Position numbers and translations under genes: made by a program. From a virus, in IMG/VR virus record IMGVR_UViG_3300021387_001020, positions 3,367 to 67,366 of that record: a stretch of 64,000 nucleotides of DNA, one strand, 5' to 3'. The notes beneath the pieces were generated by a model. It was not told the origin of the DNA. It did no database searches and worked only from the letters and a program-made list of their open reading frames with translations. Each line of letters starts with the position of its first letter. Within the stretch, counting starts at the first letter, position 1. Shown piece by piece: positions 55,986-64,000 of this stretch.

Positions 55986-56960
55986 ATGGCAGCAAATGTT
56001 GAAACTATGTTTTATGTTGGCGAGACTCCGTGGCACGGTCAGGGAATTGAAATTAAAAATGCTCCTACTTCAGAAGATGCAATTAAACTTGCTGGACTTG
56101 ACTGGGACGTAATTCCGAAACCTATCTATGATGAATTTGGTCGTGAACTTAAAGGATATAAAGTCAATCAGAGATCAACCGATAATGCAAACCTTGGTAT
56201 CGTAACTGACCGTTATCGTGTTGTACAGAACAAAGAAGCCTTTGCTTTTACCGATGCACTTCTTGGTGAAGGGGTGACATACGAAACCGCTGGAAGTCTT
56301 GCATCTGGAAAAAGAGTCTGGATGCTTGCCAGAATGGAAAATACTACAATTGCAGAAGAGAATATTGATCCCTATCTGGTATTTACTAATTCTCATGATG
56401 GAACTGGTGCTATCAGAGTAGCGATTACACCTGTTCGTGTAGTATGTCAGAACACTTTGAATCTTGCTCTTCGTGATGCAGACCGCCATTGGTCTTGTGT
56501 TCATAAGGGAGATATCCAGTCCAAGCTAGAAGAAGCAAGATATACATTGTCCAGTGCGACTCATTATATGGAAGCACTCGAAGAAGAGTTTGGCGAACTG
56601 AAACTCAAAAAGGTGACAGAGAAACAGGTTCGTGATATGACTGAAAAACTTCTGCAAATCGAATTTGATAATCTTTATAAGAAAGCAATTAAAACTGGTA
56701 AGATTGTTGACTTCAAGCAGCAGAACGCAGAAGCAAAGATTACTCGTAAGAGAAATGATATTCTGAACATCTATTTCGATAAGCCGGATCTTCGTGGAAC
56801 AGAACAGACTGCGTTTAGATTTGTTAATGCTGTTAGTGATTACTGCACTCATACTAACGATCACAAACAGACTAAGAATTATCGAGAAAATCTGTTTATG
56901 AAAACTATTGATGGTCATCCGATGATTGATACTAGCTATCAGCTTGCACTTGCAGCTTAA
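55986..56960 (+). CDS. DUF932-family phage/plasmid protein
   Basis: PWHGQG, YRVVQN, ETAGSL..GKRVW, NSHDG and RVVCQNTL motifs. Confidence 0.85.
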   Translation: MAANVETMFYVGETPWHGQGIEIKNAPTSEDAIKLAGLDWDVIPKPIYDEFGRELKGYKVNQRSTDNANLGIVTDRYRVVQNKEAFAFTDALLGEGVTYETAGSLASGKRVWMLARMENTTIAEENIDPYLVFTNSHDGTGAIRVAITPVRVVCQNTLNLALRDADRHWSCVHKGDIQSKLEEARYTLSSATHYMEALEEEFGELKLKKVTEKQVRDMTEKLLQIEFDNLYKKAIKTGKIVDFKQQNAEAKITRKRNDILNIYFDKPDLRGTEQTAFRFVNAVSDYCTHTNDHKQTKNYRENLFMKTIDGHPMIDTSYQLALAA

Positions 56961-57184
56961 AAAGGGAGAGTTAATATGGAATATTATACTAAACTGCATA
57001 CCGAAAAAGAGCCAATGCAAATTACTAAAGATGAAGCAAAATATTTTCTTGATGGAACGTACTCAAAGAAAGCTGTTGCTGATATTATCAACAATGAAAA
57101 AGCATTTAGATTGAGTACACCATATAGAGATATTTGGACCAAATCGGAAGATGATATGATTCCAATTCCAGGATTTTATGGAGT

Positions 57185-57379
57185 GTGCGAGTAATGGATA
57201 GTAAAACTTATTTTCGTTATGGGATGAGGCTCAGGGGTTATTCCCCTGGGTGTCAACCTAAAGGTGTTGTATTGAGGGAAGATGATACATCTGGTAAATA
57301 CTATGACATCATTATTTATGACCGTAAACTTACAGAAAAGGAGGTTACGGATTATGAACTGGATGAATTGTTAACATAA
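57185..57379 (+). CDS. Small protein resembling the DarA C-terminal domain
   Basis: YGMRLRGYSPGCQP...YDRKLT...YEL pattern; recalled similarity, not searched. Confidence 0.4.
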   Translation: MRVMDSKTYFRYGMRLRGYSPGCQPKGVVLREDDTSGKYYDIIIYDRKLTEKEVTDYELDELLT

Positions 57380-57389
57380 AGGAGTATCT

Positions 57390-57968
57390 ATGGTAAATGG
57401 AAATGCAATTGTTGGACGCAAGGTTTTAAGTGAAACAGATTTTTATGAAACTCCAAGGTGGGCAACTGAAAAAGCTGTTGAAGCCATGTTAATAGATGGT
57501 GTTATTAATAAGTATAATGAAATTTACGATCCTTGCTGCGGTGCTGGAGCGATTACTGATGTACTTCAAATCTATGGTTTTGAAAATTTAAAAGCATCTG
57601 ATATTCAGACTGAAGAATATATTAAAGGCACAAAAGGAATTGATGTATATGATATTGGAGATGATGTAACAGAGATTGTATTTACAAATCCGCCATATGG
57701 TCTGATGACAAAAGAGAATATGTTAAATGAATTTCTACGCATTTCTCGTAGTAAAGTAATTTTGTTATTAAATATTTTTTATCTTAGTAGTAAAGATAGA
57801 AAAGAAATGTTAAAACATAGTGGACTACAATATGTTTATATTCATTCTGATAGAGTGACGATGTATCCCTATGGACAACCAAAACCAAAAAATGGTGGTA
57901 CAAAAATGTTTGCTTGGTTCGTTTGGGATAAAGAATACAATGGAGAACCAGTTATTAGATGGTTATAG
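57390..57968 (+). CDS. Orphan amino-DNA methyltransferase
   Basis: DFYETP, DPCCGAG (SAM binding) and TNPPY catalytic motif. Confidence 0.85.
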   Translation: MVNGNAIVGRKVLSETDFYETPRWATEKAVEAMLIDGVINKYNEIYDPCCGAGAITDVLQIYGFENLKASDIQTEEYIKGTKGIDVYDIGDDVTEIVFTNPPYGLMTKENMLNEFLRISRSKVILLLNIFYLSSKDRKEMLKHSGLQYVYIHSDRVTMYPYGQPKPKNGGTKMFAWFVWDKEYNGEPVIRWL

Positions 57969-58013
57969 AATATTAAAGGAGATTGTCAACAAAGAAAAGG
58001 AAAGGTGGTTGTA

Positions 58014-58424
58014 ATGAGCAAGCGTTATAAATATTATCAACCAAATAAGAAAGATCTCAAAGATAAATATGGAGATTGTACCATTAGAGCTTTGAGTAAA
58101 GCACTTGACATAAGTTGGATTGAAGCGTTTGATAGGCAGATTCCATTATGTAGAGAAGCACAGGTGTCTAACATATTTGACGCACCTCTTAAAGTGCGTA
58201 ATCAGTTTATGGATAAGCTTGGTTTTTCTTATGTAGGAATTAGTAATCGTAAGGGAAGTAAACGACCAACGGTTGATAGCTTTACAAAAGATCATCCAAG
58301 TGGAACATATATTTTAAGCCTTTCAGGACATGTTGTGGCATCTGTTGACGGAAAATATTATGATACCTGGGACAGTGGCGGGAAGTGCTTGTATGGATAT
58401 TGGGTAAAAAATAATATTGGATAA
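58014..58424 (+). CDS. Hypothetical protein (GDCTIRA...HVV...DTWDS)
   Basis: ORF with Cys/His/Asp motif spacing suggestive of a papain-like fold. Confidence 0.6.
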   Translation: MSKRYKYYQPNKKDLKDKYGDCTIRALSKALDISWIEAFDRQIPLCREAQVSNIFDAPLKVRNQFMDKLGFSYVGISNRKGSKRPTVDSFTKDHPSGTYILSLSGHVVASVDGKYYDTWDSGGKCLYGYWVKNNIG

Positions 58425-58683
58425 AAAATCCATTTCATTGGAATAAAGGGAGATTTGTGTAATGAGCTGGTTTGATGATGATATTACGTGGTGTAGCCAA
58501 GATTGTGACGAACTTGGATGCCTTAGAAACCAGAAAAATAAGGTAAATAGAGTTGGTGTCTTTTCGGTAGCAGACTTTAAAGACACAGAATATTGTCCTA
58601 GAAATTTTTTTAAAAAAGATGTTGACAATGAAATCAGAGTTTGATAGTATATTCCCAGAAGAATTAAATTATTAAATAAGTGC

Positions 58684-58712
58684 TTGACACCATTATTTAA
58701 TAATGGTATAAT
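58684..58712 (+). promoter_or_regulatory. Consensus SigA promoter for the RNA/DUF2828 cluster
   Basis: TTGACA-17 nt-TATAAT; a second TTGACA-17-TAGTAT at 58622. Confidence 0.8.
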
Positions 58713-58767
58713 TACTTCACAAAGCAAATCAATAGGCGCTTACAGCTTAATGTAGTGCCTAGTAAAT

Positions 58768-58887
58768 GTGGTGGGTAGCTCAATTGGTAGAGCAGTATAG
58801 GAAAACGTATCTAGATAAGATACTAACAGCAATATTTCCTTTAGAATTTGGATCTACGTGTTGCGAGTTCGAGTCTCGTCCCACCGC
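58768..58887 (+). tRNA. tRNA-Gln(UUG)-like RNA with a 46-nt ACAGCAA module inserted in the anticodon stem
   Basis: Normal acceptor, D and T arms; removing 58798-58843 gives GTAGA-ATTTGGA-TCTAC. Confidence 0.65.
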
Positions 58888-58959
58888 TTTAGACGCATAC
58901 AGCAATTATTATTATTATTACAAATATGTGGAAAATCTGTTTTTTGCGTCTAGTATATC

Positions 58960-59081
58960 TGGCAGGTAGCCCAATGGTAGAGGCGGCGTAAAAATTAATG
59001 TATCTTGAAAAGATACTAACAGCAAACTTATTTGAATGGCTAGGAACCCGCAAAGTATGAGTTCGAATCTCATCCTGCCAA
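58960..59081 (+). tRNA. tRNA-like RNA (AGG in anticodon position) with a 49-nt ACAGCAA module inserted in the anticodon stem
   Basis: TGGCAGG/CCTGCCA acceptor and TTCGAAT T loop; removing 58989-59037 gives GCGGG-CTAGGAA-CCCGC. Confidence 0.6.
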
Positions 59082-59234
59082 CTATAGGCACATACAGCAA
59101 CTATTAAAATCTGGACAAAACTTTTAATTTTGAAACCAAATTTTAGTGCCTAGTTTTTAAAACGCTCACAGCAACTATTAAACAATTAATCTTGAAAATT
59201 ATATTGGTAATGCGTTTTGTAAAGGAGAATAATT

Positions 59235-60776
59235 ATGGATTTTATGAATGCAATGAAAAGCGAACTTGATAACAGAAAGACGCTTACTACGAATGGTGCA
59301 GTAGCATATGAAACAAGCGGTAAGGAACTGCTTGACTTTCTTTTTGCAGTAACAGCTTTACGTAGTGCGGATGAATCAAATATTAAACGCAAATTTGCTA
59401 ATGTATATTTTGAGGAACCGCTTACAGCTGTTCAGTTCCTTTTCTGGCTGCGAGATTGCCGTGGTGGAAACGGAGAGCGTAGGATTTTTAGGATTTGTCT
59501 TTATTGGCTTGCAGAAAATAAGCCGAATGTGGCAAAGGCAGTTATTGATTTCGTTCCTGAGTATGCCAGATGGGATGATTTATGGGGACTGCTTGATACG
59601 GAACTCAAAGATAATGTAATTAAGTCTGTTAGTAATAAACTTGAAGAAGATGTTAATGCTACTCATCCTAGTTTGTTAGCAAAATGGCTTCCGTCAGAGA
59701 ATACATCTTCTCATAATACTCGCAGATTTGCCGAAATTATCCGTTCTGGTCTTGGAATGACTCCAAAGCAGTATAGACAGACACTCTCCAAACTGAGAAA
59801 GAGAATTGATGTTGTCGAAAGAAAGATGTCTGCAAAGGAATGGAATTCGATTGATTATCAAACTGTTCCGTCACAGGCAAACATTAAATACAATAATGCA
59901 TTTCTTCGCAATGATGAAGTAAGGAGAAGAGAATTTCTTAATGCTTTATCTCACGGAGAAGCAAAGATTAATGCTTCCACGTTGCAGCCACATGAAATTG
60001 TTAATAAATATGTTAGTATTTCTGGTTTTTGGAATACTGGAAGAGTAAGAGAATATGACGAAACTCTTGAACAGTTGTGGAAAGCATTACCAAATATAAC
60101 TATTGGTAACTCTCTTGTAGTTCGTGATGGGTCTGGGTCTATGACTAGTGGATATGGAACAAAAGTAAGACCACTTGATGTAGCAACTGCTTTGTCGATT
60201 TACATGGCTGATCATAATACTGGAATTTGGAAAGATAAATTTATTACCTTTTCTGCCAGTCCGAAGATTATTAACCTTAGTAATTGCACTACACTCAGAG
60301 ATAAGTTAATTGAAACTTATAACCATGATGAATGTAGTAATACTAACATCGAAGCAACAATGATGTTAATCCTCCAGACAGCAATTAAAAATCATTGCTC
60401 TCAAAGCGAAATGCCGCAAAAGATTATTATCTGCTCAGACATGCAATTTGACAATTGTGTGGTGTGCAATTCCACTTCACGAGGTGGTTGGTGGAATTCT
60501 GGAGTAGACAAAACATTATTCGAGAACATTGCAGAGGAATTTAATAGACATGGCTATATGATGCCGAAGATTATATTCTGGAACTTGGCTGGTCAAGTTA
60601 ATAATACAATTCCAATGCAGAAGAATGAACTTGGTGTTGTTCTGATGAGTGGATTTTCGGTGCATCTTCTCAACATGGTAATGTCTGGTAAGACAGATCC
60701 GTATGAAGTAATACTTGAAACACTTAATTCAGAAAGATATGTTCCTGTTAAAAATGCGGTAAAGCATTTAGTGTAA
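59235..60776 (+). CDS. DUF2828-family helical plus vWA protein (Ro60/TROVE-like architecture)
   Basis: RDCRGGNGERRIF, RWDDL, AKWLPSE, vWA MIDAS DGSGSM, SDMQFD and IIFWNL motifs. Confidence 0.8.
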   Translation: MDFMNAMKSELDNRKTLTTNGAVAYETSGKELLDFLFAVTALRSADESNIKRKFANVYFEEPLTAVQFLFWLRDCRGGNGERRIFRICLYWLAENKPNVAKAVIDFVPEYARWDDLWGLLDTELKDNVIKSVSNKLEEDVNATHPSLLAKWLPSENTSSHNTRRFAEIIRSGLGMTPKQYRQTLSKLRKRIDVVERKMSAKEWNSIDYQTVPSQANIKYNNAFLRNDEVRRREFLNALSHGEAKINASTLQPHEIVNKYVSISGFWNTGRVREYDETLEQLWKALPNITIGNSLVVRDGSGSMTSGYGTKVRPLDVATALSIYMADHNTGIWKDKFITFSASPKIINLSNCTTLRDKLIETYNHDECSNTNIEATMMLILQTAIKNHCSQSEMPQKIIICSDMQFDNCVVCNSTSRGGWWNSGVDKTLFENIAEEFNRHGYMMPKIIFWNLAGQVNNTIPMQKNELGVVLMSGFSVHLLNMVMSGKTDPYEVILETLNSERYVPVKNAVKHLV

Positions 60777-60866
60777 TAAATTAACTTAGACACATACAGC
60801 AATTTTATTTGGGAAAGACTGCTAATCTTTTAATCAGTGTCTAGATATCAAGCAAAGGAGATCAAT

Positions 60867-61112
60867 ATGAAATACGGGGCTGAAAATGAATCTGGTGTAT
60901 TTTATGCTACCAAAGGGTGGTACAAAGGAAAGGAAGTCACTGTTACCCACCATGATGGGGCAATGGTTTGGCTGGAGGATTATCCAGTTGGTAAGGGAAC
61001 TATCGAGTATGGTTGTTGGGTACCAAATGAATCCGTAAAATATAAGGAGGAACTTCCGAATGAAAGTAACAAGCGCGGAAGCAAAAAAGTTGCTTCATCA
61101 GTACGAAGATGA
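60867..61112 (+). CDS. Small hypothetical protein
   Basis: SD AAGGAG before ATG. Confidence 0.55.
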   Translation: MKYGAENESGVFYATKGWYKGKEVTVTHHDGAMVWLEDYPVGKGTIEYGCWVPNESVKYKEELPNESNKRGSKKVASSVRR

Positions 61113-61551
61113 GTACATGAAAATTATCAACGATGAGAAGAAAAACCATACATTCCGTTGTGCTGTTGGTGAAAATATTAATGATTGCAAAACGGAATAC
61201 TACTTCGAAGAAACCCAGAAGCGAATTGATGAATTAAACAAGAGAATCATGAAACTTCGCCATGCAATAAACTTGTTTAACATATTTACCGAAGTAAAAG
61301 GTGATATGACTATTGATCAAGTTCTGGTGCGTCTTCCTCAACTTACTTCCCAGAAATTAAAACTTGACGGAATGAGAAAGATACCATCAAAGGAACGTTA
61401 TAGTATATCTGGTAGTATTATTGATTATACTTATACGGCTTATGATCCAGCAGAAGCTGATGCGAAGTATAAGGAAATCTGTAATGAAATCCAAGAACTT
61501 CAGCTTGCGTTGGATAGAATTAATAACACGATGACATTTGAAGTTAAGTAA
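61060..61551 (+). CDS. DIP1984/DUF6847-like helical hairpin protein
   Basis: MKVTSAEA...LRHAINLFN...LQLALDRIN pattern. Confidence 0.6.
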   Translation: MKVTSAEAKKLLHQYEDEYMKIINDEKKNHTFRCAVGENINDCKTEYYFEETQKRIDELNKRIMKLRHAINLFNIFTEVKGDMTIDQVLVRLPQLTSQKLKLDGMRKIPSKERYSISGSIIDYTYTAYDPAEADAKYKEICNEIQELQLALDRINNTMTFEVK

Positions 61552-61774
61552 ATATTTTCCGCTGATTGATTATATTAAAAATACATATTTTATGCAAGTT
61601 GGTTATGTTTAGTGTGAAATGAAATATGGGTTATTTAATTAATTAGAATTTATTTGTTGGTGTTTAAGGCAAATTTCTATTGGTAATTAACAGATAATAT
61701 AGTCAATCAGAAAAACTTTGGAGCAATATCTGTGGTGATGGAAGTTCGGTTATAAATCACCGTTATTCATAATT

Positions 61775-61852
61775 CGGGAATTAGCTCAGTTGGTCTAGAG
61801 CAGCGGCCTTATAAGCCGTGTTTTTGGCGGGGTTCAAGTCCCCGATTCCCGA
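61775..61852 (+). tRNA. tRNA-Ile(UAU)
   Basis: CGGGAAT/ATTCCCG acceptor; GCGGC-CTTATAA-GCCGT; TTCAAGT T loop. Confidence 0.85.
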
Positions 61853-62069
61853 TTAAGGGTTGTTCAGGAAACCGATTAATCCGAGTGCAGCAACGTTGAT
61901 TAATAAAAGCTTGAAGAGAAATGGGAACTGCATTAATCCAGAGTATCCGTGTGAAGGATAAGGCTTGACGAGCAGCTTCACAAAACTGATGGCAACTTGG
62001 AAAGACAAGTGGTGCGCACTGTAACTTATTAACATTACGGTTTATTACATTTATTACTTTTCATTATTT

Positions 62070-62155
62070 GACCCTATAGGATAATGGAAGTCGATTTAAG
62101 CTAGTAGTCCACTTCATGGTTAGGAGAGGTTCGGGTTCGATTCCTGATAGGGGCG
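62070..62155 (+). tRNA. Atypical tRNA-like element
   Basis: GACCCTA/TAGGGGC acceptor and TCGGG-TTCGATT-CCTGA T arm; expanded D loop and weak anticodon arm. Confidence 0.4.
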
Positions 62156-62217
62156 TTATAACTGGTTTGTTAATGAGCATTAAAGTGTGGTCGAAGTACA
62201 AGACTGCCGCCAGTAAT

Positions 62218-62339
62218 CGGAACGTGATGAAATTGGAAAACATGGACGTAGATGTAATTGGCTAATCACCATCCCTGAAAGGTTTGAGACGGCTTACAAG
62301 TTGATAACTTGATTGTGGGTTCGATGCCCACCGTTCCAA
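62218..62339 (+). tRNA. Atypical long-variable-arm tRNA-like element with expanded anticodon region
   Basis: GGAACG/CGTTCC acceptor, variable arm CAAGTT-GAT-AACTTG and GTGGG-TTCGATG-CCCAC T arm. Confidence 0.5.
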
Positions 62340-62497
62340 CTCAGCGAAACAGGTTGCGCAACATGACGCTGACAATCATCAAATAAATATGCCGAGGGGA
62401 TAGGTTATACAACAGTGTAGGAAGCGAGTTTGTCGCTAGTGGGTGAGGTCTGATCAATCTCACAGACAGGCAAAAGAGTATGATGATTGCACTTATT

Positions 62498-62568
62498 CGG
62501 GATGTAGCCCAGTTGGTAGAGCATTCGCGTTTAGCGAAAGGTCGATGGTTCGAGTCCATCCATCCCAA
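62498..62568 (+). tRNA. tRNA-like RNA with shortened anticodon arm
   Basis: Recognisable D arm (one mismatch) and T arm; TTCGC-GTTTA-GCGAA (5-nt loop); C1.A72 mismatch. Confidence 0.6.
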
Positions 62569-62776
62569 GCCGTGGTATCTTCCCACGTTAAACCAGATAG
62601 GCTTGCAGTCTCCTGAAAGCCTCAAATGATTTACATGAACGTTCGTGTAAATGACACGAGAGGTAAGACGAATCCTCCTCCTGTTGGTAACCAGAAAACC
62701 AGTCGAGTGAAAAACCGAAACCGCAGCGGTCTGGCAATGCGGAAGTAGGGCGCACCTTTGGGGATACGGTGCATAT

Positions 62777-62847
62777 AGGAGATTATCACAACAGTAGTGA
62801 GTTCGGCTTTGACCCGAAATACACAGGGGCAGCACCTGTATCTCCTG
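62777..62847 (+). tRNA. tRNA-Gln(UUG) with non-canonical T loop
   Basis: AGGAGAT/ATCTCCT acceptor; TTCGG-CTTTGAC-CCGAA; T loop GGCAGCA. Confidence 0.7.
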
Positions 62848-62890
62848 CTAGAATGAAACTATAATTTTATCGCTTATAAAGGAGATAGTC

Positions 62891-63679
62891 ATGAAGCGTG
62901 TTATTCGCAGTAGCTGCTTTGAAACCAACAGTTCTTCAATGCACAGCGTTGTAGTTACTAAAAGCAAAGAGAAAGTAACTCCTGATAATGTTTTATGGGA
63001 TAGAAATAATCCAGATATTGATGATGGTGTTTATCTCTGGAATGGAAAATGGGAATTAAGAGATGTTGAAGATGGCTTTGGCAGATATCCGTTCAGATTC
63101 TTGACTTCATTTGAAGATAAATTCAAATACGCTCTTTGTGAATATCTTGGTGATATGTATGAAGACGATCCACGATGGGAAGAGACGATTAGTCAGTTTT
63201 ATGAGATAGCCGAAGAATTAATTCCTGGGTTTAAAGATTTTGATTTTCGCACTAAAGAAATAGACATTTATCTTGATGCTGACGGAAACGATATTCCACA
63301 TTGCAAACTTATTTATAAAGGTTGGGATAATGAAAAGGAACACACTGTTTATTATTATCGAGACAAAGATGATAATCCACATGATGCAATTTTTGACGAA
63401 GAAAACTATCTTGAAATACCAGACATTGGAATGATTGATCACCAGAGTATGGGATTACTTAAGAATTTTCTTAAAGAGAAAGATATTACTTTAAAAGAAT
63501 TTTTGACAAATAAAAAATACATTATTGTTATTGATGGCGATGAATATTGTGATTTCGAACGCTATATGAAATCTGGATTGATTAATAAAGATTTTATTAC
63601 AGAAATCTATGACACTACAGCAGAAAATATGGATTATAAAAAATGGCTAGAGGAGCAGAAGAATGAAAAAAGTAATTAG
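62891..63679 (+). CDS. FETNSSSMH-motif phage protein
   Basis: N-terminal IRSSCFETNSSSMHS and C-terminal IDHQS. Confidence 0.75.
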   Translation: MKRVIRSSCFETNSSSMHSVVVTKSKEKVTPDNVLWDRNNPDIDDGVYLWNGKWELRDVEDGFGRYPFRFLTSFEDKFKYALCEYLGDMYEDDPRWEETISQFYEIAEELIPGFKDFDFRTKEIDIYLDADGNDIPHCKLIYKGWDNEKEHTVYYYRDKDDNPHDAIFDEENYLEIPDIGMIDHQSMGLLKNFLKEKDITLKEFLTNKKYIIVIDGDEYCDFERYMKSGLINKDFITEIYDTTAENMDYKKWLEEQKNEKSN

Positions 63680-64000
63680 ATATAATGCATTTGAAACCAA
63701 TTCATCATCAATGCATACTGTAACGGTACGAGGTAAACGGCATATTGATGATTATTATAAATCGTCAATCGAAAGAAATATAGATAAAGATGGAAATATT
63801 GTAACCACATTAGAAGAATATGGTTGGTATGGTGAACCGTTAACAAACTTCTGGGAAAAATTACCGTATGCATTACTAATGGTTCTTTATACTGAGTATT
63901 CAGGATTTGATTATTACGATAATAATTTCACTATAGATCAAGATAAACTCGAAAAATGTACTGGTTATCAGAATATTCTTGAAGCAATTCAATCATGCTG
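63663..64000 (+). CDS. Second FETNSSSMH-motif paralogue (truncated by the window edge)
   Basis: MKKVIRYNAFETNSSSMHT; no stop codon seen before the edge. Confidence 0.7.
   Translation, partial: MKKVIRYNAFETNSSSMHTVTVRGKRHIDDYYKSSIERNIDKDGNIVTTLEEYGWYGEPLTNFWEKLPYALLMVLYTEYSGFDYYDNNFTIDQDKLEKCTGYQNILEAIQSC

Larger units (their letters stand above)
58733..60843 (+). ncRNA. Family of stem-ACAGCAA RNA modules: free copies 58733-58761, 58890-58952, 59085-59152, 59159-59218 and 60787-60843, plus two tRNA-embedded copies
   Basis: Covarying closing stems (TAGACGC/GCGTCTA, TAGGCAC/GTGCCTA, AAAACGC/GCGTTTT, TAGACAC/GTGTCTA), each followed by NNACAGCAA; the first copy reads ACAGCTT. Confidence 0.75.

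Noticed and set aside
59040-59046. CTA in the loop as an amber suppressor anticodon
   Set aside because: In the 7-nt loop CTAGGAA the CTA occupies positions 32-34; the anticodon positions read AGG.
24844-60802. Numerous minus-strand ORFs in the plus-strand arm (e.g. 25736..26590, 30068..30586, 56526..57020)
   Set aside because: They are antisense shadows of well-supported plus-strand genes.
62571-62602. Pistol ribozyme, preQ1 riboswitch or HDV-like theta ribozyme
   Set aside because: Only the first stem looks similar; the remaining pairings and conserved residues could not be found by eye.
62341-62835. 164-aa minus-strand ORF, and ORFs 58766..58969 and 58918..59100
   Set aside because: They overlap tRNA and structured RNA elements and lack an SD or protein-like composition.

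Overview
This window is a segment of a large, AT-rich phage genome with SPbeta-like gene order, probably temperate and probably infecting Firmicutes. The minus-strand arm (1-21.6 kb) holds late and middle genes: portal, terminase, a YonJ/YonK-like pair, ClpP, PIN-PhoH, HU, a YonO-like single-subunit RNA polymerase, a ParB-domain gene and a helicase-like gene. The packaging genes read open only if TAG is a sense codon (probably Gln, code 15). Group I introns with homing endonucleases interrupt the terminase and the RNA polymerase active-site motif, and a third probable intron splits a tRNA at the left edge. After a divergent ~1.4 kb gap, the plus-strand arm carries dozens of small early genes, a recombinase/DGQHR/MrpR-like repression module and a tRNA/ncRNA cluster. 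Three observations stand out. (1) A stand-alone reverse transcriptase lies next to two candidate partner genes and four ncRNA units that differ in sequence but share one fold. (2) An ACAGCAA RNA-module family flanks a DUF2828/Ro60-like vWA gene; free copies display anticodon stem-loop mimics and two copies are inserted into tRNAs. (3) Thirteen ATRAAA-N6-TTTNAT palindromes sit at gene junctions, as in a cassette array. All calls were made by eye without database searches.
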